Below, piece by piece: positions 9,442-20,019 of a DNA stretch of 64,000 bases (its first letter is position 1; the number at the start of each line of letters is the position of its first letter). The DNA is taken from the NCBI GenBank assembly GCA_944391855.1, contig CALXVB010000003.1, positions 1 through 64,000 on the forward strand, in the 5' to 3' direction. The notes below the pieces were generated by a model that saw nothing but the letters and a program-made list of their open reading frames with translations, ran no database searches and was not told where the DNA came from. The translations under genes and the position numbers were made by a program. The stretch is from an uncultured Clostridia bacterium. Lineage in GTDB: Bacteria; Bacillota; Clostridia; TANB77; CAG-508.

Positions 9442-10581
9442 TTATATTTTCTTTTTTAAAGTAGCTTCTATTTCAAAATTTCTAAAATTTCTTTGTATTT
9501 TTAGAGTTACCTTATTTCCTGGTTTTTTTGTATAAATATAGCACCTTAAATCACACATTCTTTCTAAAGGCTTTCCATCTATTGAAAGTATAATGTCTCC
9601 TTGCCTTAAACCAGCCGCTTCTGCCGCTGAATTTTTATTTACACTTTCAATATATATTCCTTCATTAAATCTTAAATTATCATCAATATATCCTAGTACG
9701 TTTTTGTCAAATGCAAATACCCCTAAACTTGCTTCTTCAAATCTACCACTGTTTTTAAAACCCTCTATTACTGCCTTTACTGAATTAATTGGTATTGCAA
9801 AACTTATTCCTTCTGCTGAAGTTATTTTTACCCCATTTATTCCTATTACTTCTCCATTAATATTAATAAGTGGCCCTCCACTATTTCCAGGATTTATTGT
9901 CGCATCTGTTTGAATTAAGTCTTCCATATATGTTTCTTTTTCATCTTCTTCAAACTTAATTGTTCTATTAACTGCACTTATTATTCCAGAAGTTACGCTT
10001 CTTTGAAATTCATATCCTATTGGATTTCCTATAGCATAAACTGTTTCTCCTACTTCTACTTTATCTGAATCTCCTAATGTTGCAGTAGTAAGACCTTTTT
10101 GATTTATTTTTACTATTGACATATCTATATCTGTATTAGACCACACAACCTGTCCGTTATACGTTTTCCCGTCTACTAAAGTCACATAGCATTTACTATA
10201 CTTTTCTCCACTTACATGAGCATTTGTTAAAATATATCCATTTTCTGATACTATTACCCCTGTGCCCAAACCTAAATTTGTTATATTGTCCCACGAAAAT
10301 ATACTACTTCCGGTATTTTCTATTTTAGAAATTCCAACTACAGAATTACTTAAATTAGAAAGCATATCTGTAACTGTCTCATTTTTTTCTTGAGCCTCTT
10401 CTATTGTTTGTGAGGTTTTTTCTATTAGTACATTTTCTTCTGCTAGTTTCTCCTCATTTACTTGTGTAGTTTGATAAATTATGTAAGATAAAATTAGTAT
10501 TAAAAAAACTAAAAGAAATATTAATATTTTTATTAAATTTTCTTTTAGGTTTTTTTTCTTATCTCTTTTTATATAATCCAT
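9442..10581 (-). CDS. htrA: HtrA/DegP-family trypsin-like serine protease with N-terminal TM and C-terminal PDZ domain
   Basis: 379 aa. ILTNAHV, GNSGGPL and PDZ GLRQGDIILSIDGKPL motifs. Confidence 0.8.
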   Translation of the reverse strand: MDYIKRDKKKNLKENLIKILIFLLVFLILILSYIIYQTTQVNEEKLAEENVLIEKTSQTIEEAQEKNETVTDMLSNLSNSVVGISKIENTGSSIFSWDNITNLGLGTGVIVSENGYILTNAHVSGEKYSKCYVTLVDGKTYNGQVVWSNTDIDMSIVKINQKGLTTATLGDSDKVEVGETVYAIGNPIGYEFQRSVTSGIISAVNRTIKFEEDEKETYMEDLIQTDATINPGNSGGPLININGEVIGINGVKITSAEGISFAIPINSVKAVIEGFKNSGRFEEASLGVFAFDKNVLGYIDDNLRFNEGIYIESVNKNSAAEAAGLRQGDIILSIDGKPLERMCDLRCYIYTKKPGNKVTLKIQRNFRNFEIEATLKKKI

Positions 10582-10695
10582 ATATTTTCCTCCAGGTAAA
10601 ATATTTATTATATATATTTTTACCTAAATTTGTTAATTTAAACATGTGGATTTGAATTATATGTTATTTATTTTTCTGGCTGTTTTGTTTGTTTT

Positions 10696-12402
10696 TTATT
10701 TTGTCTTTTCAAGTTTTTTTAATTCTACAAATCTTTTTACCTTTTGTGTTGTAGTTTTTTCTAGTGGCTTATCTGTTAGAATAATTTCTTTTATATGTTT
10801 AAAAGTAGGTAATTCTTTATTTATATTTTTTATATCTTCCCATACTAATTTCTCATATTCTTTTTCTGTTTTTTCTCCAAAGTGATCCTTTATATTGTCC
10901 TTGTTATACACAATTTTTGCACAAAGTACAGTGTCTGTTTTACTCTTGTTACGTGCATATACCATGTTTTCTTCTACATATGGAAGTTTATTTATTAAAA
11001 ATTCTAATTCTTGTGGATAAATGTTTTTACCGTTTTTTAATACAATAATATCACTCTTTCTTCCAGTTATATATATAAATCCATCATTATCTATATATCC
11101 ATAGTCCCCTGTGTGAAGCCAGCCATTATCTAATGTTTTTTTAGTTGCCTCTTCATTCTCATAATATCCTAGCATTATGTTAGGGCCTTTTCCTAGTATT
11201 TCTCCTATTCCATTTTTATCTGGATTATCTATTTTTATTTCTACATTTTTAAGTGGTATTCCTATTGAGCCTGCTCTTTTCTTATCAGAAGATTCTGCTG
11301 TAAGTACAGGTGAACTTTCTGTTAAACCATATCCTTGAATTAGTTCTATTCCTAAATCGTTATACCATTCTATAGTTACTTTATCCATAGGCGCTGCACC
11401 ATAAAGTACAACTCTTAAATATTCATCAAATTGTTTTAATACAGGCTTAAATAATTTCTTTCTTACGTCTATTTTACACTTTAGAAGTCCGTGAGAAAGT
11501 TTAGTCATTTTATCTATTAAACCTTTTTTTCCGCTATCGCTAATTGCTTTTTGAATTTTTTTAGCCATTGTTTCAAGTACTAGTGGAACTGCAACAAATA
11601 CGGATACCTTAAATTCTTTTAAATTATCTGCTATATATCTTAATCCTTCACAAAACGCTATTGTTGCACCACAAAATGTACCATATAAAAATGTTATGCT
11701 ACACTCAAAAGTATGGTGTATTGGCAAGAAAGAAAGTAGTGTATCTGTTTCATATATCATAAAATTATATTGATAATTTGAAACATTTTTACAAATATTT
11801 TCTTGTGAAAGCATTACTGCTTTTGGTTCATTAGTTGTGCCTGAAGTAAATAGCATAATGTACATTTCATTTTCATTAAGTTTAATTTCGTCGTATTTTG
11901 CTTTACCTGCCTTTATTACGTCTTCTCCATCTTTTAGCATATTTTCAAATTTTAATACTCCGTCTTTTTCTATATTATCCATGCATATTTTGTATTTTAT
12001 GTTACAGCCTTGGCTAATGGCTTCATCTACTGCATTTTGATATTTTTCTTCATATACTATTGCGTCTACCCCGCTTCTTTTTAAAAGTTTTTCTATTTCT
12101 TTATCTGTTAATGCCTTATCTAATGGTACTATTATTCTTCCAGCTGTTGTTACTCCTAAATATGTTATACACCATTCATACCTATTATTTCCTATAACAG
12201 CTACTCTTTTGACATCTGAAGAAATTACTTTTTCCGCTACTTTTTTTATGTCTCCTACATATTTACTATATGTTACTTCTTCTACTTTTCCATTTCTTTT
12301 ATACTTAAAAGCAATGTTTTCTCCATAGCCTTCATATTTTTTTACTAATTCTCTGAAGTTCGATATCTCTTCATAATACTTGATTTTATCTTTTTTTCTC
12401 AC
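10696..12402 (-). CDS. Long-chain fatty acid--CoA ligase (AMP-binding), divergent from the NRPS gene
   Basis: 568 aa. LFTSGTTNEPKAV and GYGLTES AMP-binding motifs, eukaryote-like LACS/FadD type. Confidence 0.8.
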   Translation of the reverse strand: MRKKDKIKYYEEISNFRELVKKYEGYGENIAFKYKRNGKVEEVTYSKYVGDIKKVAEKVISSDVKRVAVIGNNRYEWCITYLGVTTAGRIIVPLDKALTDKEIEKLLKRSGVDAIVYEEKYQNAVDEAISQGCNIKYKICMDNIEKDGVLKFENMLKDGEDVIKAGKAKYDEIKLNENEMYIMLFTSGTTNEPKAVMLSQENICKNVSNYQYNFMIYETDTLLSFLPIHHTFECSITFLYGTFCGATIAFCEGLRYIADNLKEFKVSVFVAVPLVLETMAKKIQKAISDSGKKGLIDKMTKLSHGLLKCKIDVRKKLFKPVLKQFDEYLRVVLYGAAPMDKVTIEWYNDLGIELIQGYGLTESSPVLTAESSDKKRAGSIGIPLKNVEIKIDNPDKNGIGEILGKGPNIMLGYYENEEATKKTLDNGWLHTGDYGYIDNDGFIYITGRKSDIIVLKNGKNIYPQELEFLINKLPYVEENMVYARNKSKTDTVLCAKIVYNKDNIKDHFGEKTEKEYEKLVWEDIKNINKELPTFKHIKEIILTDKPLEKTTTQKVKRFVELKKLEKTK

Positions 12403-12548
12403 TAAATTTCCTCCTAATTATTGACTTATATTATATGTTAGATATTTTATAACAAATTCACAGTTTTTTCAATATAGCTGTCATTTTATATTGCTTTTTG
12501 TAATAAAAAATTATATAATATCTTCAAATTTATAAAATCAATATTAGG

Positions 12549-15500
12549 GTGAAAAATATGTTAGAAAAAAATGTTTACGGACTTACAGGTCCACAGAAAA
12601 ATATTTGGAATACAGAACTATTTTTTAATAATTCCAACGTTAATAATGTATGTGCTTCAGGTATTCTTCATGAAGCATTGGATTTTGATTTACTAAAGCA
12701 GGCTTTAAATATACTTGTTAAAGAAAACGATAGTTTTAGAGTTCGCATACAAGTAAAAGATAATGTTCCTGTTCAATATTTTAGTGATTTTGTTCCCTTT
12801 GATGTAGACATATTAAATGCAAATAACAAGAAAGACTTTGCAAAAATAGAGCAAGAAACAGTTTCTAAAAAATTTAATATTTTGGATTCTGATTTATTCT
12901 TATTTAAATTAGTCAGATTTCCTGATAGTACAGGTGGAATAATTTTAAATGTTCACCATATTATTTCTGACTCTTGGTCTTTAGGACTTGTTATACAAGA
13001 GATTATTAAAATTTACCATGCTTTAAAAGCAAATATTGATTATGTACCTGATACATTTTCATATATAGAATATATCAATTCTGAAGAGAAATATAAATCA
13101 AGTAAAAGATATCTATCTGACAAAGAATTTTGGTCAGACTATTTAAGTTCACTCCCTGAACCTGTTACAATTCCAGGTTTAGTTACTTCCACCTCTTCTT
13201 CTAGAGGAAATAGACTTTCATATACAATAGATAAAAAAACTTGTAATTTAATAAATGAATATTGTAGAAGTAATAATATTTCTAACTATGTTTTCTTTAT
13301 GTCTATTTTTGCTTTATATATTGCAAATATTTCCGACTCATTAGACTTTATAATAGGTACACCTATATTAAATAGAACTAATTTTAAAGAGAAAAATACC
13401 ATTGGTATGTTTGTAGAAACAGTACCTTTTAGATTTTCTTTAGACATTTCTTCTAGTTTCAAGGAACTTTCTTCTAAAACTAGTCTTAATTTAATGTCTT
13501 TATTAAGACATCAAAAATATTCATATACAGATATGTTAGAAGATTTGAGAAAACAAGATAATAATATTCCTAATTTATATAATATAGCCATTTCGTATCA
13601 AATTACTAAAGCTTTTTCTAGTGATATTGGAGATTATGAAACAAATTGGGCTTTTAATAACAACTCTTTAAATGATATGAATATACATATATATGATATT
13701 AACGATACTGGATCTTTACAAATCAATTATGATTATCTAATTGATAAATATGCAGAAAAAGATATTGAATTTTTACATTTAAGAATATTAAATATTATTA
13801 AACAAGTGCTAAATTCATCTAATAATTTAAAATTAAGCGATATTAAAGTTATTACTGATGAAGAATTTGGCCAATTAAGTAAATTTAACAACTACACATT
13901 GAACTATTCAACAGCTACTGTTAATGAATTAATTTCAGAAGCTGCTGATAAATACCCTAATAATATTGCAGTGGTAGATAATAATAGGAGAATAACATAT
14001 AGTCAACTCGAGAATTATTCTAATATTATTGCTAACATTTTAATAAAGAATAATATTAAAAGCAATGAAATAGTAGGTATATATATGCCTGAGAAAAATA
14101 TAGATTTAATTTGTTCTGCCTTAGGCATTTTAAAAACTGGTAGCGCTTTTTTAGGTATATATAATGAATATCCTTTAGATAGAATTATATATATGCTTAA
14201 GGATAGCAATTCAAAATGTCTTATTGTAGATGACCTAAATAATCCAAATGTTAAAGCTATAAAAACTGCTATTCCTAATATTTTATTGATTGAAACTAAT
14301 TCTTTAGATTTTTCTAAAAAGTTAGATTTTAAAATAAATACTAAAATAGATTTAGACTCAAATGCATATATAATATATACGTCAGGATCTACTGGTAAGC
14401 CTAAAGGAGTATCATTATCTCATAAGAACTTAATAAACTTTGTATATAGCTTTAGAGAGCATCTACAAGGTGTTGATATAACTGATAGATTTATTAGTGT
14501 TACTAATATTTGTTTTGATGTTAGTATGTCCGAAATATTTACACCTTTGTTTTTTGGTGCAAGTCTCTATTTGTATAAAGACTTAAATTATAGTACACCA
14601 AAAGAACTTGCTGAATATATTACAAAGAATGAGATTACATTTTCATATTTTCCACCTGCTCTACTCTCTCATGTATGTAATGAACTTAAAAAATTAGATG
14701 GTGTAAAATTGTGTAAAATGTTAGTCGGCGTTGAGCCAATTAAAGCCGCTACACTTTCTGAATTTTTGAAAATAAATCCTAATATGAGAATTGTAAATGG
14801 TTATGGTCCAACAGAGACAACTATATGCTGTACAATGTATGATTTTGGTAATACTCTTCCTGCTGATTCTATAGTACCTATAGGTATGCCATTGTATAAC
14901 AATCATCTTTATGTTTTTAATAAATTTATGAACTACTTGCCTATTAATTATCCTGGTATTTTGTGGGTAGCTGGTGATAACGTAGGAAATGGATATATAG
15001 GACAAGCAAAAAATACCACTGATACATATAAAGTATTTAATGGCACTAATTTCTATAATACTGGAGATTTAGTAAAATGGGATGAAAACGGTGTTTTACA
15101 TTTTATTGGTAGAAAAGATAACCAGATTAAATTTCATGGTTATAGAATCGATTTAGGTGAAATTGAAGCTGCAATAAAGAAATTTGAAAATGTAAGTAAT
15201 TGCTTTGTCTTGTCAAATAAAACAAATGAAGTGGATAGATTGGTAGCTTTTATAACTTCTCATTCTATAATAAATGAATTTGATATTAGAACATTTATAT
15301 CTAATATCTTGCCACATTATATGATTCCAAGCGAATTTATCTTTTTAGATACTTTCCCATTAACTCCTAATGGAAAGATAGATAAAAAAGCTTTATTAGA
15401 GCTTGCTAATGTTAAATTTAACAGTTCTAAAGATAATGTAAAACCTAGCTCTCCACTAGAAAATACTCTTGCTAATATATTTTCTAGCGTACTTGGTATA

Positions 15501-18500
15501 TCACAAATTAGTGTGAACGATAACTTTTTTGAACTTGGTGGTGATTCACTAAATGCAATTAAATTAATTGGTAAAATAGAAGAAGAATTACACATGAAAA
15601 TATTAATAAAAGATATTTTTAGCTTTCCTACAGTTGCATCAATGGCTAAATATATAGATCAATACTCTTCAAAAAGTGAAAAAAGAACTATTACGCCAAC
15701 TACTAAAGAAGAGTTTTACCCTCTAAGTTTTGCACAAAAAAGAATATATTATACAGTAAAATTAAATGAAAATTCTATTGTATATAACACACCATTTGGA
15801 ATTATCTTTGACAAAATGCCTGATACTTTAAAATTAGAGGCTTGCTTTAATACAATAATAGATACTAATCAAGCATTACGTACATACTTTGATATAGAGA
15901 ATGGAGAAGTTGTACAGAAAGTTAAGGATAAGATAGATTTTAAATTAGATGTTGTAGAAACAGAAAATAAGAGTATTAATGAAATTTTTGATGATTTCGT
16001 ACAACCTTTTGATTTAAATACAGCACCACTATTTAGAGCCAAATTTGTAAAATCAGGAAATATATATATTTTGCTTGTAGACATGCATCATATTATTTGT
16101 GATGGTCAATCAGCTAATATATTAGCAGATAAACTTTGTAAATTATATAATGATACTTCTATAGAAAAAAATGATATTGACTATATTGATTTTGTAGTTT
16201 GGGAAAGAAAAAACTCTCAAACAGAAGAGTTTGAAAAATCAAAAGAGTTTTGGGTAAATAATTTTAAAGGAGAATTACCTGTTTTAAATATGCCTTTACA
16301 AAAAACTAGACCTAAGGTTCAGTCTTTTAGAGGAAATAAAATATATGATAAAATAGAAGATACAGCTAAATTATATGAATTATGTAAGAACCTTAATGTT
16401 ACACCATATATGCTATTACTATCTTTATATTATGTATTATTATATAAATACACCGGTCAAGACGAATTTGTTGTAGGTTCTCCTATTACAGGTAGGGATA
16501 ATATTCAAACTTCTAATATTATTGGTATGTTTGTTAATACTTTACCTTTAAAGGCTACAGTTAATAAAAATACAAGTTTCCATAACTTGTTAAGCCAAGT
16601 AATGAATAATTGTATTAGAGCTTTTGAAAATCAGTTATATCCTTTTGATGAGCTTGTAAAAGAATTAGATATTCCAAGAGATTCTAGTACTACTCCTATA
16701 TTTAGCACAATGTTTACATTCCAAAATACAGGTGTTCCAAGTTTAGAATTAAATGGTTTGAATGTAAAATATTATATTCCTGATAATAAGACTGCTAAAT
16801 TTGATTTTTCGTTGGAGATATCTCCAATAGGTAATGATTTAGACTTAAATTTAGAATATTGTATTGATTTATTTGATAAGGAATTTATGCAAGATTTTCT
16901 AAAACATTATATTAATATTTATAACTATATATTAAATAATGATATGGAAGTTTTAATAAAAGATATACCTATATTATCTAAAGAAGAAGAAAATTCCTTG
17001 ATATATGAATATAATGATACATATATTGAATATCCTCGTGATAAAACAATAATACAGTTATTTGAAAAACAGGTAAAAGAAACTCCAAATAAAACTGCTA
17101 TTATATTTAATAATAAATCTATAACATATAAAGAATTAAATAAAAAAGCTAACCAAATTGCTTATTATTTAAGGGAAAATGGTATTAAACCTAATAATGT
17201 AGTTGGTATAATGGTAAATCGTTCTTTCGAATTAATTGCTTGCATGCTGGGAATTTTGAAGTCAGGCGCTGCATATTTGCCAATAGACCCAACATATCCA
17301 CAAGAAAGGATAAATTATATTATTAAAGATAGTAATGTTAATATATTACTTACATTAGATAACTTGATAAATAATATTAACATAGATTCTAATGCTAAAG
17401 TTTTACCTGTAAATTTTGATACTAGTGCAATCTACAATTTACCTGATGATAATTTAGATACTGTAAATAAACCAGAAGATTTAGCATATTTAATATATAC
17501 TTCTGGTTCTACTGGTAATCCAAAAGGAGTTATGCTTACACATAGAAATGTTAATAATTTTATAGAAGCAACCTGTAAAGAAATAGAATTTGAAAATATA
17601 ATAGTTTCTGTTACAACTTTCTGTTTTGATATATTTGTGTTAGAATCATTACTTCCTTTGCAAAAAGGATTAACAATAGTACTTGCAAATGAAGAAGAAC
17701 AAAACATACCTCAAAGACTAAATGAACTATGTAATGCCAATAACGTACAAATGTTACAGACAACTCCTGCTAGAATGTCTTTGCTCTTAAGTGATAAAGA
17801 TTCTTTAGAATATATCAAAAACTTAAAAGTAATAATGCTTGGAGGAGAACCATTCCCTCAAAAATTACTTGAAGAACTTAAAAGATTAACAGAGGCAAGA
17901 ATATATAATATGTATGGTCCAACAGAAACTACAGTATGGTCTTCTATAAAAGAACTTACAAATACCTCTGAAATAACTATAGGAAGGCCAATGGGTAATA
18001 CCCAATTCTATATTTTAGATAATGATAATAATCTCTTATCTGCCGGTATGGAAGGACATTTATTCATTGGTGGAGATGGTGTAGGTAACGGATATTTACA
18101 TAGAGTAGAATTAACTAAAGAAAAATTTATAAATAACCCATATAGAGAGAATGATATAATATATGATACAGGAGATATGGCAAAATGGAATAATGAAAAA
18201 GAAGCTATTTGTTTAGGAAGATCTGATTTCCAAGTAAAACTTCACGGTCTTAGAATTGAACTTTCTGAAATAGAAAATAGAATTGTACAATTTCCGAATA
18301 TATCCAAAGCAGTTGTTTGTGTAAAAAAGGATAATTTAGAAAGAGATTTCTTATGTGCTTATTTCGTATCTAAAAGTAGAATAAGTACACCTGCCTTGAA
18401 GGACTTTTTAAGTAAATTCTTACCTACTTACATGGTACCAAATAAATTTAAACAATTATCTGATTTCAAATACACACCTAACGGAAAGATAGATAAGAAA

Positions 18501-19994
18501 GCTTTGCCAGAAATTAGATTTCAAACAAAGAAAGATAACATAGAATTACCTAAAACAGCAACAGAAAAAAAATTGTCTAAAATATATGAAGAGCTTTTAA
18601 GTATTTCTCCAATAAGCATTAATGATAATTTCTTCGAAATTGGTGGAGATTCAATGCTTGCATTAAAGTTGCAAATTAAGTTATTAAATGATAATATATA
18701 TATCACCTATGCAGATATTTTTAAATATCCTACAATAAGACAATTAGCAAATAAGCTTGATACTAATATAGAAAATAATAGTATTTCTGTAGAAAATTAC
18801 GATTTTTCTAATATTCATTCACTTATAAAAGTTAATAGTATAGAAAATATCAAAAGTATATCAAAATTAGAAAAAAGAGAAACCGGAAATATTATTCTTA
18901 CTGGTGCTACTGGCTTTTTAGGTGCGCATATATTATCGCATATATTAGATAATACAAATCTAAAAGTTTATTGTTTATTACGACCTGATTTAAGTATAGA
19001 TATAAATACTAAATTATTAAAAAGATTACAATATTATTTTGGTAATAAATATGATAAATTAATGAATATAAGGATATTTGCAATATCTTCAGATATTACT
19101 AGTGAAGGACTTGGCTTAAACATTGATACACTTACCCTATTGAATAAAGAAGCTTCTTGTGTTATAAATAGTGCTGCTATTGTAAAACATTATGGAGATT
19201 ATTCAGATTTTGAAAAGATAAATGTAAATGGAGTAAAAAATTTAATAAATTTCTGTATTAATAATAATAAAGAATTAATACAAATTTCTACAACTAGTGT
19301 GTCTGGAAATACCTTGTTTGATTTAGCTATTGATAATAATAACTTTAAGGAAGATATTGAATTTAATGAAACTAATTTCTACATTGGACAATCTTTGGAA
19401 AATGTATATGTGCGTAGTAAGTTTGAAGCAGAAAAAATTATATTTGAAAATATGTTTCATAATAACCTAAGGGCATTAATATTAAGAATAGGAAATATAA
19501 CTAATAGAAGTACTGATGGTAAATTTCAGCCCAACGCTTCTGAAAATGCATTTTTAAATAGATTAAAAGCATTTTTAGAGTTAAAATGTGTTCCAAACTA
19601 TTTAAAAAACATATATATTGAATTTAGCCCAGTAGATAAAGTAGCAGAAGCTATATATAAAGCAATATGTTACTCAAATAAATTTAATGTTTTTCACATA
19701 TATAATCCAAACCATATATATATGGAAGATTTAGTTCAGTTATTACCTGAAAATAAATTGACTTTTGTAGAAGATGAAGTATTTGATAAGAAATTACATA
19801 ACTTTATGAAAAAGGTTAGCGATACTACTTCTGTTTCTTACTTAATAAATGATTTAAATAAAGACCAACATATAAATTATGATAATTATATAAAAATAAA
19901 AAATGACTTTACTACTTACTTTTTAAATAAATCTAACTTTAGATGGAATAAAATTGATAAAGATTATATTGAAAAACTATTAAAAAACTTTTAA
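12549..19994 (+). CDS. Two-module nonribosomal peptide synthetase, domain order C-A-T-C-A-T-R with a terminal thioester reductase
   Basis: 2481 aa. C1 has HHIISDSWS (nt ~12954). A1 has YTSGSTGKPKG (~14380) and PNGKIDKKAL (~15367). T1 has GGDSL (~15538). C2 has HHIICDGQS (~16085). A2 has YTSGSTGNPKG (~17497) and PNGKIDKKAL (~18478). T2 has GGDSM (~18640). R has GATGFLGAHIL (~18904) and YVRSK (~19405). Confidence 0.9.
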   Translation: MKNMLEKNVYGLTGPQKNIWNTELFFNNSNVNNVCASGILHEALDFDLLKQALNILVKENDSFRVRIQVKDNVPVQYFSDFVPFDVDILNANNKKDFAKIEQETVSKKFNILDSDLFLFKLVRFPDSTGGIILNVHHIISDSWSLGLVIQEIIKIYHALKANIDYVPDTFSYIEYINSEEKYKSSKRYLSDKEFWSDYLSSLPEPVTIPGLVTSTSSSRGNRLSYTIDKKTCNLINEYCRSNNISNYVFFMSIFALYIANISDSLDFIIGTPILNRTNFKEKNTIGMFVETVPFRFSLDISSSFKELSSKTSLNLMSLLRHQKYSYTDMLEDLRKQDNNIPNLYNIAISYQITKAFSSDIGDYETNWAFNNNSLNDMNIHIYDINDTGSLQINYDYLIDKYAEKDIEFLHLRILNIIKQVLNSSNNLKLSDIKVITDEEFGQLSKFNNYTLNYSTATVNELISEAADKYPNNIAVVDNNRRITYSQLENYSNIIANILIKNNIKSNEIVGIYMPEKNIDLICSALGILKTGSAFLGIYNEYPLDRIIYMLKDSNSKCLIVDDLNNPNVKAIKTAIPNILLIETNSLDFSKKLDFKINTKIDLDSNAYIIYTSGSTGKPKGVSLSHKNLINFVYSFREHLQGVDITDRFISVTNICFDVSMSEIFTPLFFGASLYLYKDLNYSTPKELAEYITKNEITFSYFPPALLSHVCNELKKLDGVKLCKMLVGVEPIKAATLSEFLKINPNMRIVNGYGPTETTICCTMYDFGNTLPADSIVPIGMPLYNNHLYVFNKFMNYLPINYPGILWVAGDNVGNGYIGQAKNTTDTYKVFNGTNFYNTGDLVKWDENGVLHFIGRKDNQIKFHGYRIDLGEIEAAIKKFENVSNCFVLSNKTNEVDRLVAFITSHSIINEFDIRTFISNILPHYMIPSEFIFLDTFPLTPNGKIDKKALLELANVKFNSSKDNVKPSSPLENTLANIFSSVLGISQISVNDNFFELGGDSLNAIKLIGKIEEELHMKILIKDIFSFPTVASMAKYIDQYSSKSEKRTITPTTKEEFYPLSFAQKRIYYTVKLNENSIVYNTPFGIIFDKMPDTLKLEACFNTIIDTNQALRTYFDIENGEVVQKVKDKIDFKLDVVETENKSINEIFDDFVQPFDLNTAPLFRAKFVKSGNIYILLVDMHHIICDGQSANILADKLCKLYNDTSIEKNDIDYIDFVVWERKNSQTEEFEKSKEFWVNNFKGELPVLNMPLQKTRPKVQSFRGNKIYDKIEDTAKLYELCKNLNVTPYMLLLSLYYVLLYKYTGQDEFVVGSPITGRDNIQTSNIIGMFVNTLPLKATVNKNTSFHNLLSQVMNNCIRAFENQLYPFDELVKELDIPRDSSTTPIFSTMFTFQNTGVPSLELNGLNVKYYIPDNKTAKFDFSLEISPIGNDLDLNLEYCIDLFDKEFMQDFLKHYINIYNYILNNDMEVLIKDIPILSKEEENSLIYEYNDTYIEYPRDKTIIQLFEKQVKETPNKTAIIFNNKSITYKELNKKANQIAYYLRENGIKPNNVVGIMVNRSFELIACMLGILKSGAAYLPIDPTYPQERINYIIKDSNVNILLTLDNLINNINIDSNAKVLPVNFDTSAIYNLPDDNLDTVNKPEDLAYLIYTSGSTGNPKGVMLTHRNVNNFIEATCKEIEFENIIVSVTTFCFDIFVLESLLPLQKGLTIVLANEEEQNIPQRLNELCNANNVQMLQTTPARMSLLLSDKDSLEYIKNLKVIMLGGEPFPQKLLEELKRLTEARIYNMYGPTETTVWSSIKELTNTSEITIGRPMGNTQFYILDNDNNLLSAGMEGHLFIGGDGVGNGYLHRVELTKEKFINNPYRENDIIYDTGDMAKWNNEKEAICLGRSDFQVKLHGLRIELSEIENRIVQFPNISKAVVCVKKDNLERDFLCAYFVSKSRISTPALKDFLSKFLPTYMVPNKFKQLSDFKYTPNGKIDKKALPEIRFQTKKDNIELPKTATEKKLSKIYEELLSISPISINDNFFEIGGDSMLALKLQIKLLNDNIYITYADIFKYPTIRQLANKLDTNIENNSISVENYDFSNIHSLIKVNSIENIKSISKLEKRETGNIILTGATGFLGAHILSHILDNTNLKVYCLLRPDLSIDINTKLLKRLQYYFGNKYDKLMNIRIFAISSDITSEGLGLNIDTLTLLNKEASCVINSAAIVKHYGDYSDFEKINVNGVKNLINFCINNNKELIQISTTSVSGNTLFDLAIDNNNFKEDIEFNETNFYIGQSLENVYVRSKFEAEKIIFENMFHNNLRALILRIGNITNRSTDGKFQPNASENAFLNRLKAFLELKCVPNYLKNIYIEFSPVDKVAEAIYKAICYSNKFNVFHIYNPNHIYMEDLVQLLPENKLTFVEDEVFDKKLHNFMKKVSDTTSVSYLINDLNKDQHINYDNYIKIKNDFTTYFLNKSNFRWNKIDKDYIEKLLKNF

Positions 19995-20019
19995 TTATAT
20001 TATAGGAGGAAAACATAGG

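Noticed and set aside
12549-19994. Multiple 60-100-aa antisense ORFs inside the NRPS (for example 14015-14209, 14721-15005, 15317-15595, 17432-17707)
   Set aside because: All are embedded antisense in a continuous 7.4-kb ORF with clear domain structure. They are chance ORFs in AT-rich DNA.
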